NCBI GenBank assembly: GCA_963742205.1
Contig: CAVUKZ010000002.1
Coordinates: forward strand, 99,887-163,886
Direction of reading: 5' to 3'
Length of the DNA stretch: 64,000 nt
Source: an uncultured Solirubrobacterales bacterium
GTDB taxonomy: Bacteria; Actinomycetota; Thermoleophilia; Solirubrobacterales; 70-9
The notes under the pieces are model-generated. The model saw nothing but the letters and a program-made list of their open reading frames with translations. It had not been told where the DNA came from and made no database searches. The translations under genes and the position numbers were made by a program. This document shows, one piece after another, positions 8,970 through 17,271 of the stretch (its first letter is position 1; every line of letters starts with the position of its first letter).

Positions 8970-9908
8970 CTAGGCGACCAAGCGCAGCCGCTCGCGGTTG
9001 CGCTCTGCGAACGCGGTCCCGACCTCGGCCAGGATCGACACCATCTCGTCGGTCGCCGGGGAGCGCGACCCGACGGCACGGGTCGCGGCCCATACGCGGC
9101 GCTCCGGCGCCGGGGGGTCGGTCGGGCGGACGACCAGGTCCGAGCGCAGCGTGGGCAGCACCAGGTCCGGGAGGAGCGTCATCCCGAGCCCGGCGGCGAT
9201 GAAGCCCTGCATCACGTTGTAGTCATCGGTCTCGAAGCCGACCTCGGGCTCGAAGCCCGCGGTGCGGCAGGCGGCGATCACGACCTCGCCGCAGGTGCTG
9301 GGCAGCGACCCGCACAGCCAGGTGTGATCGGCGAGCTCGGCGAGCGGCACGGTCGCCCGCGAGGCGAGCGGGTGATCCGCCGGCAGCGCCAGGTGCATCG
9401 ACTCGGTGAGCAGCAACGTGCGGTCGAGGTCGCGCTCGGCCTCCACCGGGATCGACGGATAGTCAAAGCTCAGCGCGAGGTCGATCTCGCCGGCCCGCAG
9501 CCGCGGAAGCGAGTCCTCGGGCTCGGCGTCGGCGACCGCCAGCCGGACCATCGGATGGCGGCGGTGAAACAGCGAGACGGCCTCGGTGAGGATCGTGGCG
9601 CTGGCGCTCGGGAAGCTCGCGAGCCGCAGCTCCCCGCCCTCGAGCCCGGCGATCGCGGCCAGCTCGCGCTCCGCCTCCTCGAGCCGGGCGATCGCCGCCT
9701 CGGCATGGCCCACCAGAACCTGGCCGGCGTCCGTGAGCTTCGGGCCCTCGCGGGTGCGGTCGAGGAGCTTCATCCCGACCTCGCGCTCGAGGGTCGCGAC
9801 CTGCTGGCTGACGGCGGACTGGGAGAGGAAGAGGGCGTCGCCCGCGGCCGAGAACGAGCGCCGCTCGGCGACCTCGCGGAGGATCTTCATCCGCTTCAGA
9901 TCAAGCAT
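8970..9908 (-). CDS. LysR-family transcriptional regulator
   Basis: N-terminal HTH (MLDLKRMKILREVAERRSFSAAGDALFLSQSAVSQQVATLE) plus a LysR substrate-binding domain. Confidence 0.9.
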   Translation of the reverse strand: MLDLKRMKILREVAERRSFSAAGDALFLSQSAVSQQVATLEREVGMKLLDRTREGPKLTDAGQVLVGHAEAAIARLEEAERELAAIAGLEGGELRLASFPSASATILTEAVSLFHRRHPMVRLAVADAEPEDSLPRLRAGEIDLALSFDYPSIPVEAERDLDRTLLLTESMHLALPADHPLASRATVPLAELADHTWLCGSLPSTCGEVVIAACRTAGFEPEVGFETDDYNVMQGFIAAGLGMTLLPDLVLPTLRSDLVVRPTDPPAPERRVWAATRAVGSRSPATDEMVSILAEVGTAFAERNRERLRLVA

Positions 9909-9934
9909 TAGCCCACCTTATCAGCTTCTCTAAT
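9907..9934. promoter_or_regulatory. Inverted repeat ATTAG-N18-CTAAT (flanked by GATC) at the LysR start, in an unusually AT-rich spacer. Candidate LysR operator.
   Basis: Read directly: gatcaagcATTAGcccaccttatcagcttctCTAATgatc. It overlaps the LysR ATG (9908-9906) and faces the divergent ORF at 10033. Confidence 0.35.
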
Positions 9935-10032
9935 GATCCATGTTGCGCTTATGCGCACCCGGCGGGACCATGCACTCACGAACCGACCTGCCGCCCCGTT
10001 TCAGGGCCGAGACCGCGCACGCGAGGTGAAAG

Positions 10033-10398
10033 ATGACCACTCCCGAGACAGCAACCAACACCGAGATCACCATCCGCCGGATGGACGTCTCAGCCGCCGA
10101 CCAGTCCCGCCTGCACGAGCTCGCGGCGCTCGATTCGCACGCCCCACTCGACGGCCCGGTGCTCGGCGCCGAGGTCGAGGGCGAGCTGCGGGCCGCGATC
10201 TCGGTCGCCACGGGCGAGCTCGTCGCCGACCCGTTCGCTCGCACCAGCGAGCTCGGCGCCCTGTTGCGTCTGCGCGCCGACCAGCTCCGCGCTCAGCGCG
10301 GAACGGTCCGGCGCCCGCGCGCCGCCCTGCGCCGGGCGCGGCTGGCGCTCGGCGGATCGCCCCCCGGCGAGATCCTCAGCCTGCCGAGGGCACACTGA
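10033..10398 (+). CDS. Hypothetical protein (121 aa)
   Basis: ORF divergent from the LysR gene. Its composition is protein-like in the first about 90 aa, followed by an Arg/Ala-rich tail. No motif recognised. Confidence 0.45.
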   Translation: MTTPETATNTEITIRRMDVSAADQSRLHELAALDSHAPLDGPVLGAEVEGELRAAISVATGELVADPFARTSELGALLRLRADQLRAQRGTVRRPRAALRRARLALGGSPPGEILSLPRAH

Positions 10399-10443
10399 GC
10401 GACGCGCTCGAGCGCGGGTCCAAGCGCCGGGATAGTCGCGCCC

Positions 10444-10665
10444 TCAGCCGCTCTCGAGCGGCGCCATCGTGAGACCGGCGTCCTTGAGCTGCTCCCAGTA
10501 GAGCTCCGCGGGCTCGCGCTCGCCGCTCCACACGATCGCCTGGCCCGAGTTGTGGATCTGATCGGCGAACCGGTGCCCCCGGTCCAGCGACACGCCCGGG
10601 ATCACCCGGGCCAGCGTCTTCGCCACGTGCTCAAAGGTGTTGTGGTCGTCGTTTAAGACGATCAC
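10444..10665 (-). CDS. clpS: ClpS, ATP-dependent Clp protease adaptor (5' end unresolved)
   Basis: WRVIVLNDDHNTFEHVAKTLARVIPGVSLDRGHRFADQIHNSGQAIVW aligns with the E. coli ClpS core YKVILVNDDYTPMEFV... Conserved-looking sequence (..TIERTRGVGPGSGLGGNW) continues upstream of the first GTG, with no ATG/GTG/TTG in frame. Confidence 0.8.
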   Translation of the reverse strand: MIVLNDDHNTFEHVAKTLARVIPGVSLDRGHRFADQIHNSGQAIVWSGEREPAELYWEQLKDAGLTMAPLESG

Positions 10666-10751
10666 GCGCCAGTTGCCGCCGAGGCCGGAGCCGGGGCCGA
10701 CGCCGCGAGTCCGCTCGATCGTCTCAGTGGAGATCGCGCTGCCCCGCGGGC

Positions 10752-11444
10752 CTAGGGGTTGGGGACCGAGACCGCGACCCGCTTGAAGGTCGCGACGACC
10801 TTCTTGTTCTTCTTCTTCGACCGGCAGCCGAGCGCAAAGCGCACCTTGCGCCCCTGCACCTGACCCGGGTTGGAGTCGGCGACCTTCGCCACCTCCTTGC
10901 CGTTCACGACCGCGGAGATCTCAGCGCCGGTGGCGATGATCTCGATCCGGTTGCGCTCGTTGACCTTCTTGATCGCGCTGCTCTTCCCGCTCTTGGGGAA
11001 GCCGGCGCCGGCCGGGCCGCGGGACAGCTCGTAGCGCTTGCGCTCCGGGAAGATCCGCAGCGAGTAGCCGGTGCCGCCGCCGCCCGCGCGCACCGTCGTC
11101 TCGATGAAGACGGACCCGCGCACGGACTTGGTCGTGTTCTTCAGCACCTTCGCGTCGACCGAGACCCCGTGGTTCGGGAGTGAATCGTCGCCCTGGACGG
11201 GCGGGCGGAACGAGCAGGTCGTGGGGTTGCGCTTGACCGAGGCGAGCATCACCTTGCTCTTCTCGCGGTACTTCTTGTCGCACCGCTTGCCGCCGCCCGA
11301 GCGCTCGATCTCGCGAAACTTGCCCTGCGAGGAGAAGTCGTTCTCGTACACCGCGACCTCGGCCAGTGCGCTGGCGGCGAGCGCCAGCGAGCCTGCCGTG
11401 AAGGCGGCGATCGCGACTCTTGTCAGCTTTGTGCGGTCGATCAT
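10752..11444 (-). CDS. Secreted hypothetical protein, Lys-rich, jelly-roll / LamG-like guess
   Basis: Signal peptide (MIDRTKLTRVAIAAFTAGSLALAASALA) followed by a beta-rich sequence. Codon usage is visibly less GC-biased (aag/aaa runs) than in its neighbours. Confidence 0.6.
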   Translation of the reverse strand: MIDRTKLTRVAIAAFTAGSLALAASALAEVAVYENDFSSQGKFREIERSGGGKRCDKKYREKSKVMLASVKRNPTTCSFRPPVQGDDSLPNHGVSVDAKVLKNTTKSVRGSVFIETTVRAGGGGTGYSLRIFPERKRYELSRGPAGAGFPKSGKSSAIKKVNERNRIEIIATGAEISAVVNGKEVAKVADSNPGQVQGRKVRFALGCRSKKKNKKVVATFKRVAVSVPNP

Positions 11445-11531
11445 GTGCTCGCGCAGCGTAGCCGCTGCACCCCCCTCAACACCCGTAAGCCGCAAGAGGA
11501 TCGGGCGCGGAATTTCACGTGCAATTCGGGA

Positions 11532-12396
11532 CTAGGCGGCCTCGCGCTCGCGGCGCTTGCGCCAATACCGCTCCAGGCCCTGCCAGGCCTGGTCGGGCGG
11601 GATCGCCTGACGCAGGCTGCGGGCGGTGTCCGGATCGGTGCCGGCGTCGATCCGCGGAGTCGAGCAACTCGATGAACCGCTCGCGATCTCCGCCCTCGGC
11701 CGCCTCCGCCTGCCCGCGCACGCTGTCGCGGGCGCGCTCGAGCTGCGGCCCGACGTCCTCGGCGACGCCGAAGTGGGTCAGCCGCAGCCGCTGCGGACGC
11801 AGGGCCTCGATCCGGTCGAGCGAGTCGAGCCAGGCCTCGACGTCGATCTCCGGCGGCGGGGTCGGGGCGATGGTGAAGTCACCCGGGGGGATCCGCACGC
11901 CCGCCATGTCGCCGACGTAGGCGTCGCCCTCGGCGAGGTCGAGCCAGACGACGTGGTGGCTCGCATGGCCGGGAACGTGCTCGACCCGAAAGCCCTCGAC
12001 CTCCTCCCCGCCCTCGAGCGCGATCACGTTGGCCGCCGGGACCGGCACGACCTCGCCCCACAGGCGCTCCATGTTCTCGGGCCCGTAGAGGCGCCCGGCG
12101 CTCGCCAGCAGCTTCTTCGGCTCGACGAGGTGCGGGGCACCGACCTCGCTCACGTACACCCGCAGATCGGGCCAGCGGCGGACCAGGGCCCCGGTGGCCG
12201 AGGCGTGGTCGAGGTGGATGTGGGTCAGCAGGATCGCGCGGGGCTCACCGCTCAGCTCCGCGAGCAGGGTCTCGACCGTGGACGCGGCGCCCGGGTCGAC
12301 GATCAGCTCGCCGCGCACCTCGTGCGCCGCGATCACCCGGTCGCGGCCCAGGTGCATGGTGTCGATCGTTCGGACCACCGCAATCACCGTACCCAC
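11532..12396 (-). pseudogene. MBL-fold metallo-hydrolase, one frame change near 11655
   Basis: THIHLDHASATG motif. After ..RFIELLDS the natural-looking C-terminus RIDAGTDPDTARSLRQAIPPDQAWQGLERYWRKRREREAA* is in another frame, with its stop at 11534-11532. The start is probably a GTG near 12396 or 12387 rather than 12447, which would overlap ecm. Confidence 0.7.
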
Positions 12397-12435
12397 CCGC
12401 GGTACACCAGTACCTGAGAGAATTTCTCGAACGCC

Positions 12436-14430
12436 GTGACTGAGCACCGCCTCTCAGAGCCAGATCGTCCCTGGGTGATGCGCACCTACGCCGGGCACTC
12501 CGATGCCCGGCGTTCGAACGAGCTCTACCGCCGCAACCTCGCCAAGGGCCAGACCGGCCTCTCGGTCGCCTTCGACCTCCCCACCCAGACCGGCTACGAC
12601 CCCGACCACATCCTCGCCCGCGGCGAGGTCGGCAAGGTTGGCGTCTCGATCGCTCACAAGGGCGACATGCACGCGCTGCTCGACGGCATCCCCCTCGACG
12701 AGATGAACACGTCGATGACGATCAACGCCACGGCGGCCTGGCTGCTCGGCCTCTACGTCACCGTCGCCGACGAGAACGGGGTCGACCGCCATGCGCTCAA
12801 GGGCACGACCCAGAACGACATCATCAAGGAGTACCTCTCGCGCGGAACGTACGCGTTCCCGCCCGGCCCATCGATGCGGCTGATCGCCGACACCGTCGCC
12901 TTCAGCGTCAACGAGATCCCCAACTGGAACCCGACCAACGTCTGCAGCTACCACCTGCAGGAGGCCGGGGCGACGCCGGTGCAGGAGATCGCGTACTCGC
13001 TGTCGACCGCGATCGCAGTCCTCGACGAGGTCAAGGCCCGCGGGCAGGTCGCCGAGGAGGACTTCCCCAAGGTCTTCGGCCGGATCTCGTTCTTCGTCAA
13101 CGCGGGGGTGCGGTTCGTCGAGGAGCACGCGAAGCTCCGGGCGATGGGCGAGATGTGGGAGTGGATGGGTCGGAACCTCTATGGCGTCACCGACCCGAAG
13201 CTCCTGCGCCTGCGCTACGGCGTCCAGGTCAACAGCCTGGGCCTGACCGAGGCGCAGCCCGAGAACAACGTGCAGCGGATCGTGCTCGAGGCACTGGCCG
13301 TCACCCTCGGCCGTAACGCTCGCGCCCGCGCGATTCAGCTTCCGGCCTGGAACGAGGCCCTGGGCCTGCCCCGGCCCTGGGACCAGCAGTGGAGCCTGCG
13401 GATCCAGCAGGTGCTCGCCCTCGAGACCGATCTGCTCGAGTACCCCGACATCTTCGAGGGCTCGGTGGTGATGGACGGCCTCGTCGCCGACCTGGTCGAG
13501 GGCGCCAAAGAGGAGATGAAGATCGTCGCCGACCAGGGCGGTGCCGTCGAGGCCGTCGCCTACATGAAGGCGCGCCTGGTCGAGTCGCATCGCGAGCGGA
13601 TCGCTCGCATCGAGCGCGAGGAGATCAAGGTCGTCGGCCAAAACTGCTTCACCGAGACCGAGGACTCACCGCTGACGGCGGGCGCCGACGGCGGCATCCT
13701 CACCCCCGACCCCGAGGTCGAGCGCGAGTGCCGCGAGGCGCTGGAGCGCTGGAAGTCGGAGCGCGACGAGGACGACGTCGAGCGGGCGCTGGAGGCGCTC
13801 GCCGCGGCGGCGGCGGACGAGTCCGTGAACATCATGCCCGCGACGATCGCGGCAGCGAAGGCGGGCGCGACCACCGGCGAGTGGGCCGGCACCCTGCGCG
13901 AGGTGTTCGGCGACTACCGCGCCCCCACCGGCGTCTCGGGCGCCGCCGGCGGCGGCAACGAGGAGCTGCTGGCGGAAATCCGCGAGCGAGTCGAGGAGCT
14001 CGCGCGGACGATCGGGCACCGGCCGCGGATCCTGGTCGGCAAGCCCGGCCTCGACGGGCACTCCAACGGGGCCGAGCAGATCGCCGTGCGAGCCCGCGAC
14101 GTCGGGATGGAGGTGATCTACCAGGGGATCAGGCTCACCCCGGAACAGATCGCGGCCTCGGCGCGCGACGAGGACGTCGACGTGGTGGGGCTCTCGATCC
14201 TCTCCGGCTCGCACCTCGAGCTGATCCCGGAGACGCTGCGGCTACTGCGCGAGTACGAAGTCGACGCGCCCATCGTCGTCGGCGGGATCATCCCCGCGGC
14301 GGACGCAGCGAAGCTGCGCGAGGCCGGTGTCGCCGCCGTCTTCACGCCGAAGGACTTCGACGTCAACCGGATCATGGGCGAGATCGTGGATCTCGTCGGC
14401 TCGCGCGCCGGCTCCCCCGCTCCGGCCTGA
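12436..14430 (+). CDS. ecm: Ethylmalonyl-CoA mutase-like fused B12-dependent acyl-CoA mutase (MeaA/Ecm type)
   Basis: 664 aa. The N-terminus PWVMRTYAGHSDARRSNELYRRNLAKGQTGLSVAFDLPTQTGYD is MeaA-like. The C-terminal B12 domain reads RILVGKPGLDGHSNGAEQIAV..VVGLSILSGSH. A ccr gene lies 4 kb upstream. Confidence 0.8.
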   Translation: MTEHRLSEPDRPWVMRTYAGHSDARRSNELYRRNLAKGQTGLSVAFDLPTQTGYDPDHILARGEVGKVGVSIAHKGDMHALLDGIPLDEMNTSMTINATAAWLLGLYVTVADENGVDRHALKGTTQNDIIKEYLSRGTYAFPPGPSMRLIADTVAFSVNEIPNWNPTNVCSYHLQEAGATPVQEIAYSLSTAIAVLDEVKARGQVAEEDFPKVFGRISFFVNAGVRFVEEHAKLRAMGEMWEWMGRNLYGVTDPKLLRLRYGVQVNSLGLTEAQPENNVQRIVLEALAVTLGRNARARAIQLPAWNEALGLPRPWDQQWSLRIQQVLALETDLLEYPDIFEGSVVMDGLVADLVEGAKEEMKIVADQGGAVEAVAYMKARLVESHRERIARIEREEIKVVGQNCFTETEDSPLTAGADGGILTPDPEVERECREALERWKSERDEDDVERALEALAAAAADESVNIMPATIAAAKAGATTGEWAGTLREVFGDYRAPTGVSGAAGGGNEELLAEIRERVEELARTIGHRPRILVGKPGLDGHSNGAEQIAVRARDVGMEVIYQGIRLTPEQIAASARDEDVDVVGLSILSGSHLELIPETLRLLREYEVDAPIVVGGIIPAADAAKLREAGVAAVFTPKDFDVNRIMGEIVDLVGSRAGSPAPA

Positions 14431-14466
14431 CGCCGACCGATCCGTAGTTTTCCCCCTTGCGTCTCC

Positions 14467-16541
14467 GTGAGCCGAGCGAATAGGCTCGCGCCCGTGGTCG
14501 TCTCTTCTTGGCGGGGGGGTTGGTGTGTCGGGGTCCTCGGCATCGCGGCTCTGATCGCGCTCGCGCTGATCCCATGCCCGCGACCGGCGACGCGAGTGGG
14601 CGCGCCTCCGCGGCGGCGAAGAAGTGCACGAAGGCGTCGTCGGCGGCAAGCACGCCTGCCTGCGCACGGGCGACAAGTGCAAGAAGGCCTTTCAGGACGA
14701 CTACATCTCCGTCGGACTGCAGTGCAAGAAGAAGCGTCTGCGCAAGGCGAGCATCAAGCAGTTGCGCGGCGGCCAGCCCTTGCTGCTCTCCGACAACGGG
14801 TATCTCTCGTTCAAGACCGCGCTGGCGGCGTTCGACTCGCAGGTCGCCGACCTCCCAGGCGTGAAACCGAAGCCGGGCGAGGTGGGCAAGGTGACCGAGG
14901 CCACGTACGTGATCGAGCGGATCGATGCCGAGCGTCGACAAGCTCAGCGTCGAAACAGCGGGCCGTCTTCACGCAGTCCACGACCCCGGCGCCGGATGCG
15001 CTGATCATCGACCCGGCAATCCGAGTCGCGCGGCAAGCGGCGCGCGCCCGCGACGCCCCAGGAGTTGATCCTCGCGACGCGTACCTGGACGAGTGCTCGC
15101 GCGTGCTCCGCAACCACGGTTACTTCCCGCCGCGCGAGGTCTCGCTGACGCGTGCTGACAATCAGGGCACGGGCAAGCCCGACGATCTCGGTTACGTGAT
15201 CGTCGGGCGACCTGCGCCCGGGAACGTCGCCGACCTGCAACGTCTTCCTGACGCAGGAAGGGACGAAAGTTCGGCGCGACCGACGTCCAGTTCGTCCTCG
15301 CCCACGAGGCCGTCCACTGCGTGCAGCACGCCTTCTACGCAATCAGGCCCAGCAGAAGGCGGTCCCCGCCTGGATCAAGGAGGGCACTGCCGACTATCTC
15401 GGCGCCAAGGTGATGCAGGAGCTCAACGTGGGCACCCCGACTCAGGTCGCGTGGACCAAGTGGCTGACGAAGCCGCAGACCGACCTCTTCGACGCGCACG
15501 TACGACGCGCTCGGGTTCTTCGCGATGCTCGATCAGGCGAACGTCGACACCTGGTCGCGGATCAAGAGCGTGATCGCGGGCGCCGTCTCGGGCGGGAGCG
15601 AAGGCGCCTACGCGGCGGCGCTCGCGGGTGTGCCCGACATCTTCTACATGCGCTGGGGCCCGGGGATTCTGCGCGACCCGTCGCTCGGGCCCGAGTGGGA
15701 CTACACCGGCCCGTACATCGACTCGAGCAGGCCCAGCACGGTCAACATCAGCAGCGGCGGCGCGCCGAAGACATCGAAGATCGACGCCCATGCGGGCACC
15801 GCGGCGACGCTCAAGATCGGCGCCGACGTGGTCACGATCAAGGCCGACAAGGACATTCGTGGCCTCCTGCGCTTCGGCGGCACGCAAACGGCGCTGAAGA
15901 AGGGCGCGTACTGCGCCAAGCCCGGGGGCTGCAAGTGTCGAACGCATACGAACCTGCAACTGCCGGCGATTGGCAAGACGACCTACCTCGGCTACGGCGA
16001 TTCGAAGAAGGCGCGGGTCGTGAGCTTCCAGGGCCGCTCGCTGAAGGACTACTGCGAGCACCCAACGCACCCCCGGCCGGCCCGGGTGATAGCGGCGGCT
16101 CCTGCCCGACGACCCCCACGGCGCGGCCCGCGGCGCGCCGCGAGTGTCCGGCGCCCTCGCCGGGGATCGCGATCTATAACGAAGACGATGTCCGGGTCGC
16201 CAACTTCACGATCGGCTCCTGCACGCAGGGCTCTGGCGGCTTCACGGCGATCGCCGAGGACGGCGCCTGGCACCTTGAGGTCGGGATCTCGAACTTCACT
16301 GGCAACGGCGACTACGAGATCCCCTACGGCGGACCTGACCCCGAGGTCGTGATCGACGGGCCCCCGGGGACGTTCAGCAACGAGACCTGGATGCCGGGCG
16401 GCCTGCCGTTCGCCGGTGCCATCCACTTCGAGCGATCCGCACCACATGGGCCTCGGGTTCATCGCGTTCCAGACCGCCGACGAATCGGCGGGGATCAGGG
16501 GTGCCGGCGGGATGACCTGCGTCTATCCCGACGACGAGTAG
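14467..16541 (+). pseudogene. Secreted HExxH (zinc-metallopeptidase-like) protein gene, heavily frame-disrupted (about 10 frame changes)
   Basis: Protein-like segments hop between all three frames. Examples: ..GKHACLRTGDKCKKAFQDDYISVGLQCKKKRLRKASIKQL..VIERIDAE; KQRAVFTQSTTPAPDALIIDPAIRVARQ..LTRADNQGTGKPDDLGYVIVGRPAPG; CNVFLTQEGTK; FGATDVQFVLAHEAVHCVQHAFY (HEAVH at 15303-15317); NQAQQKAVPAWIKEGTADYLGAKVMQELNVGTPTQVAWTKWLTKPQTDLFD; YDALGFFAMLDQANVDTWSRIK..GRSLKDYCEHPT; ..IAIYNEDDVRVANFTIGSC..NFTGNGDYEIPYGGPDPEVVIDGPPGTFSNETWMPGG; ..MGLGFIAFQTADESAGIRGAGGMTCVYPDDE*. Confidence 0.6.
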
Positions 16542-16554
16542 CGCCGCGGTCTCG

Positions 16555-17271
16555 TCACGGGTGCGGCACGGGGCGCAGGCCCTTGAGTCGCAACCGGGCC
16601 GCATGGGAGTAGATCCGGGCGAGCGTCGTCAGCCCCGCCGCCGGATAGGCGAGCATCGCCCGGGTCATCGAGCGGCGGCTGAGCTCGACGCGGCACAGGC
16701 TGAGCGCCGCCTCGTGCACGGCGCGGCCGTCCTCGAGGTTCGTGATCCGCAGCGCGAGCCGCGAGCCCGGCTCCGAGGCGACGACGCGGTAGCTCTGCTC
16801 CATGCCCATGAACGGCGAGACGTGCATCCGCTTGGCGACCGTCCCTCGTTCGCCCTCCAGCACGTAGGCGTGGCGCTCCCCCCAGGGCGTGTTGGTCACC
16901 TCGGCGATCACCGCCTCCACCCCGCCGTCGGAGCCGTGCAGGTACAGGAGGCTGATCGGGTTGAAGGCGTGCCCCGCGAAGCGCAGGCCGGCGAGCAGGC
17001 GGACCGGGCCCGTCGGCGCCGAGCCGGTCCGGTCGCGGACGAGATCGCGGGCCGCCTCGGCGAGCGACAGCTCGGGGTCGCCGAGGAAGTCGCGGCGCCG
17101 CCAGCGCACCAGGGCCGGGCGGCGCGCCGACCACAGCGGGTGGCGGTCGAGAACGTCCGGCAGCTCGTCGAGGTCGAGCAGCGGCATCGAGATGCGATAG
17201 CGAAAGCCGTGGTCCACCGGCCCCAGCCGCCGGTGGGCAACCCAACCGTCGTACAGCGCCGAGGCCGTCAC
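16555..17271 (-). CDS. DUF1365-family protein (UfaO-like)
   Basis: SALYDGWVAHRRLGPVDHGFRYRISMPLLDLDELP is the typical DUF1365 N-terminus. Its GTG overlaps the upstream stop (GTGA). Confidence 0.85.
   Translation of the reverse strand: MTASALYDGWVAHRRLGPVDHGFRYRISMPLLDLDELPDVLDRHPLWSARRPALVRWRRRDFLGDPELSLAEAARDLVRDRTGSAPTGPVRLLAGLRFAGHAFNPISLLYLHGSDGGVEAVIAEVTNTPWGERHAYVLEGERGTVAKRMHVSPFMGMEQSYRVVASEPGSRLALRITNLEDGRAVHEAALSLCRVELSRRSMTRAMLAYPAAGLTTLARIYSHAARLRLKGLRPVPHP

Noticed and set aside
6527-9079. 850-aa minus-strand ORF spanning the DUF3224, MarR and ccr genes and the small ORF
   Set aside because: It is a shadow ORF. The opposite strand encodes four recognisable proteins, and the translation is dominated by R/A/P/S repeats.
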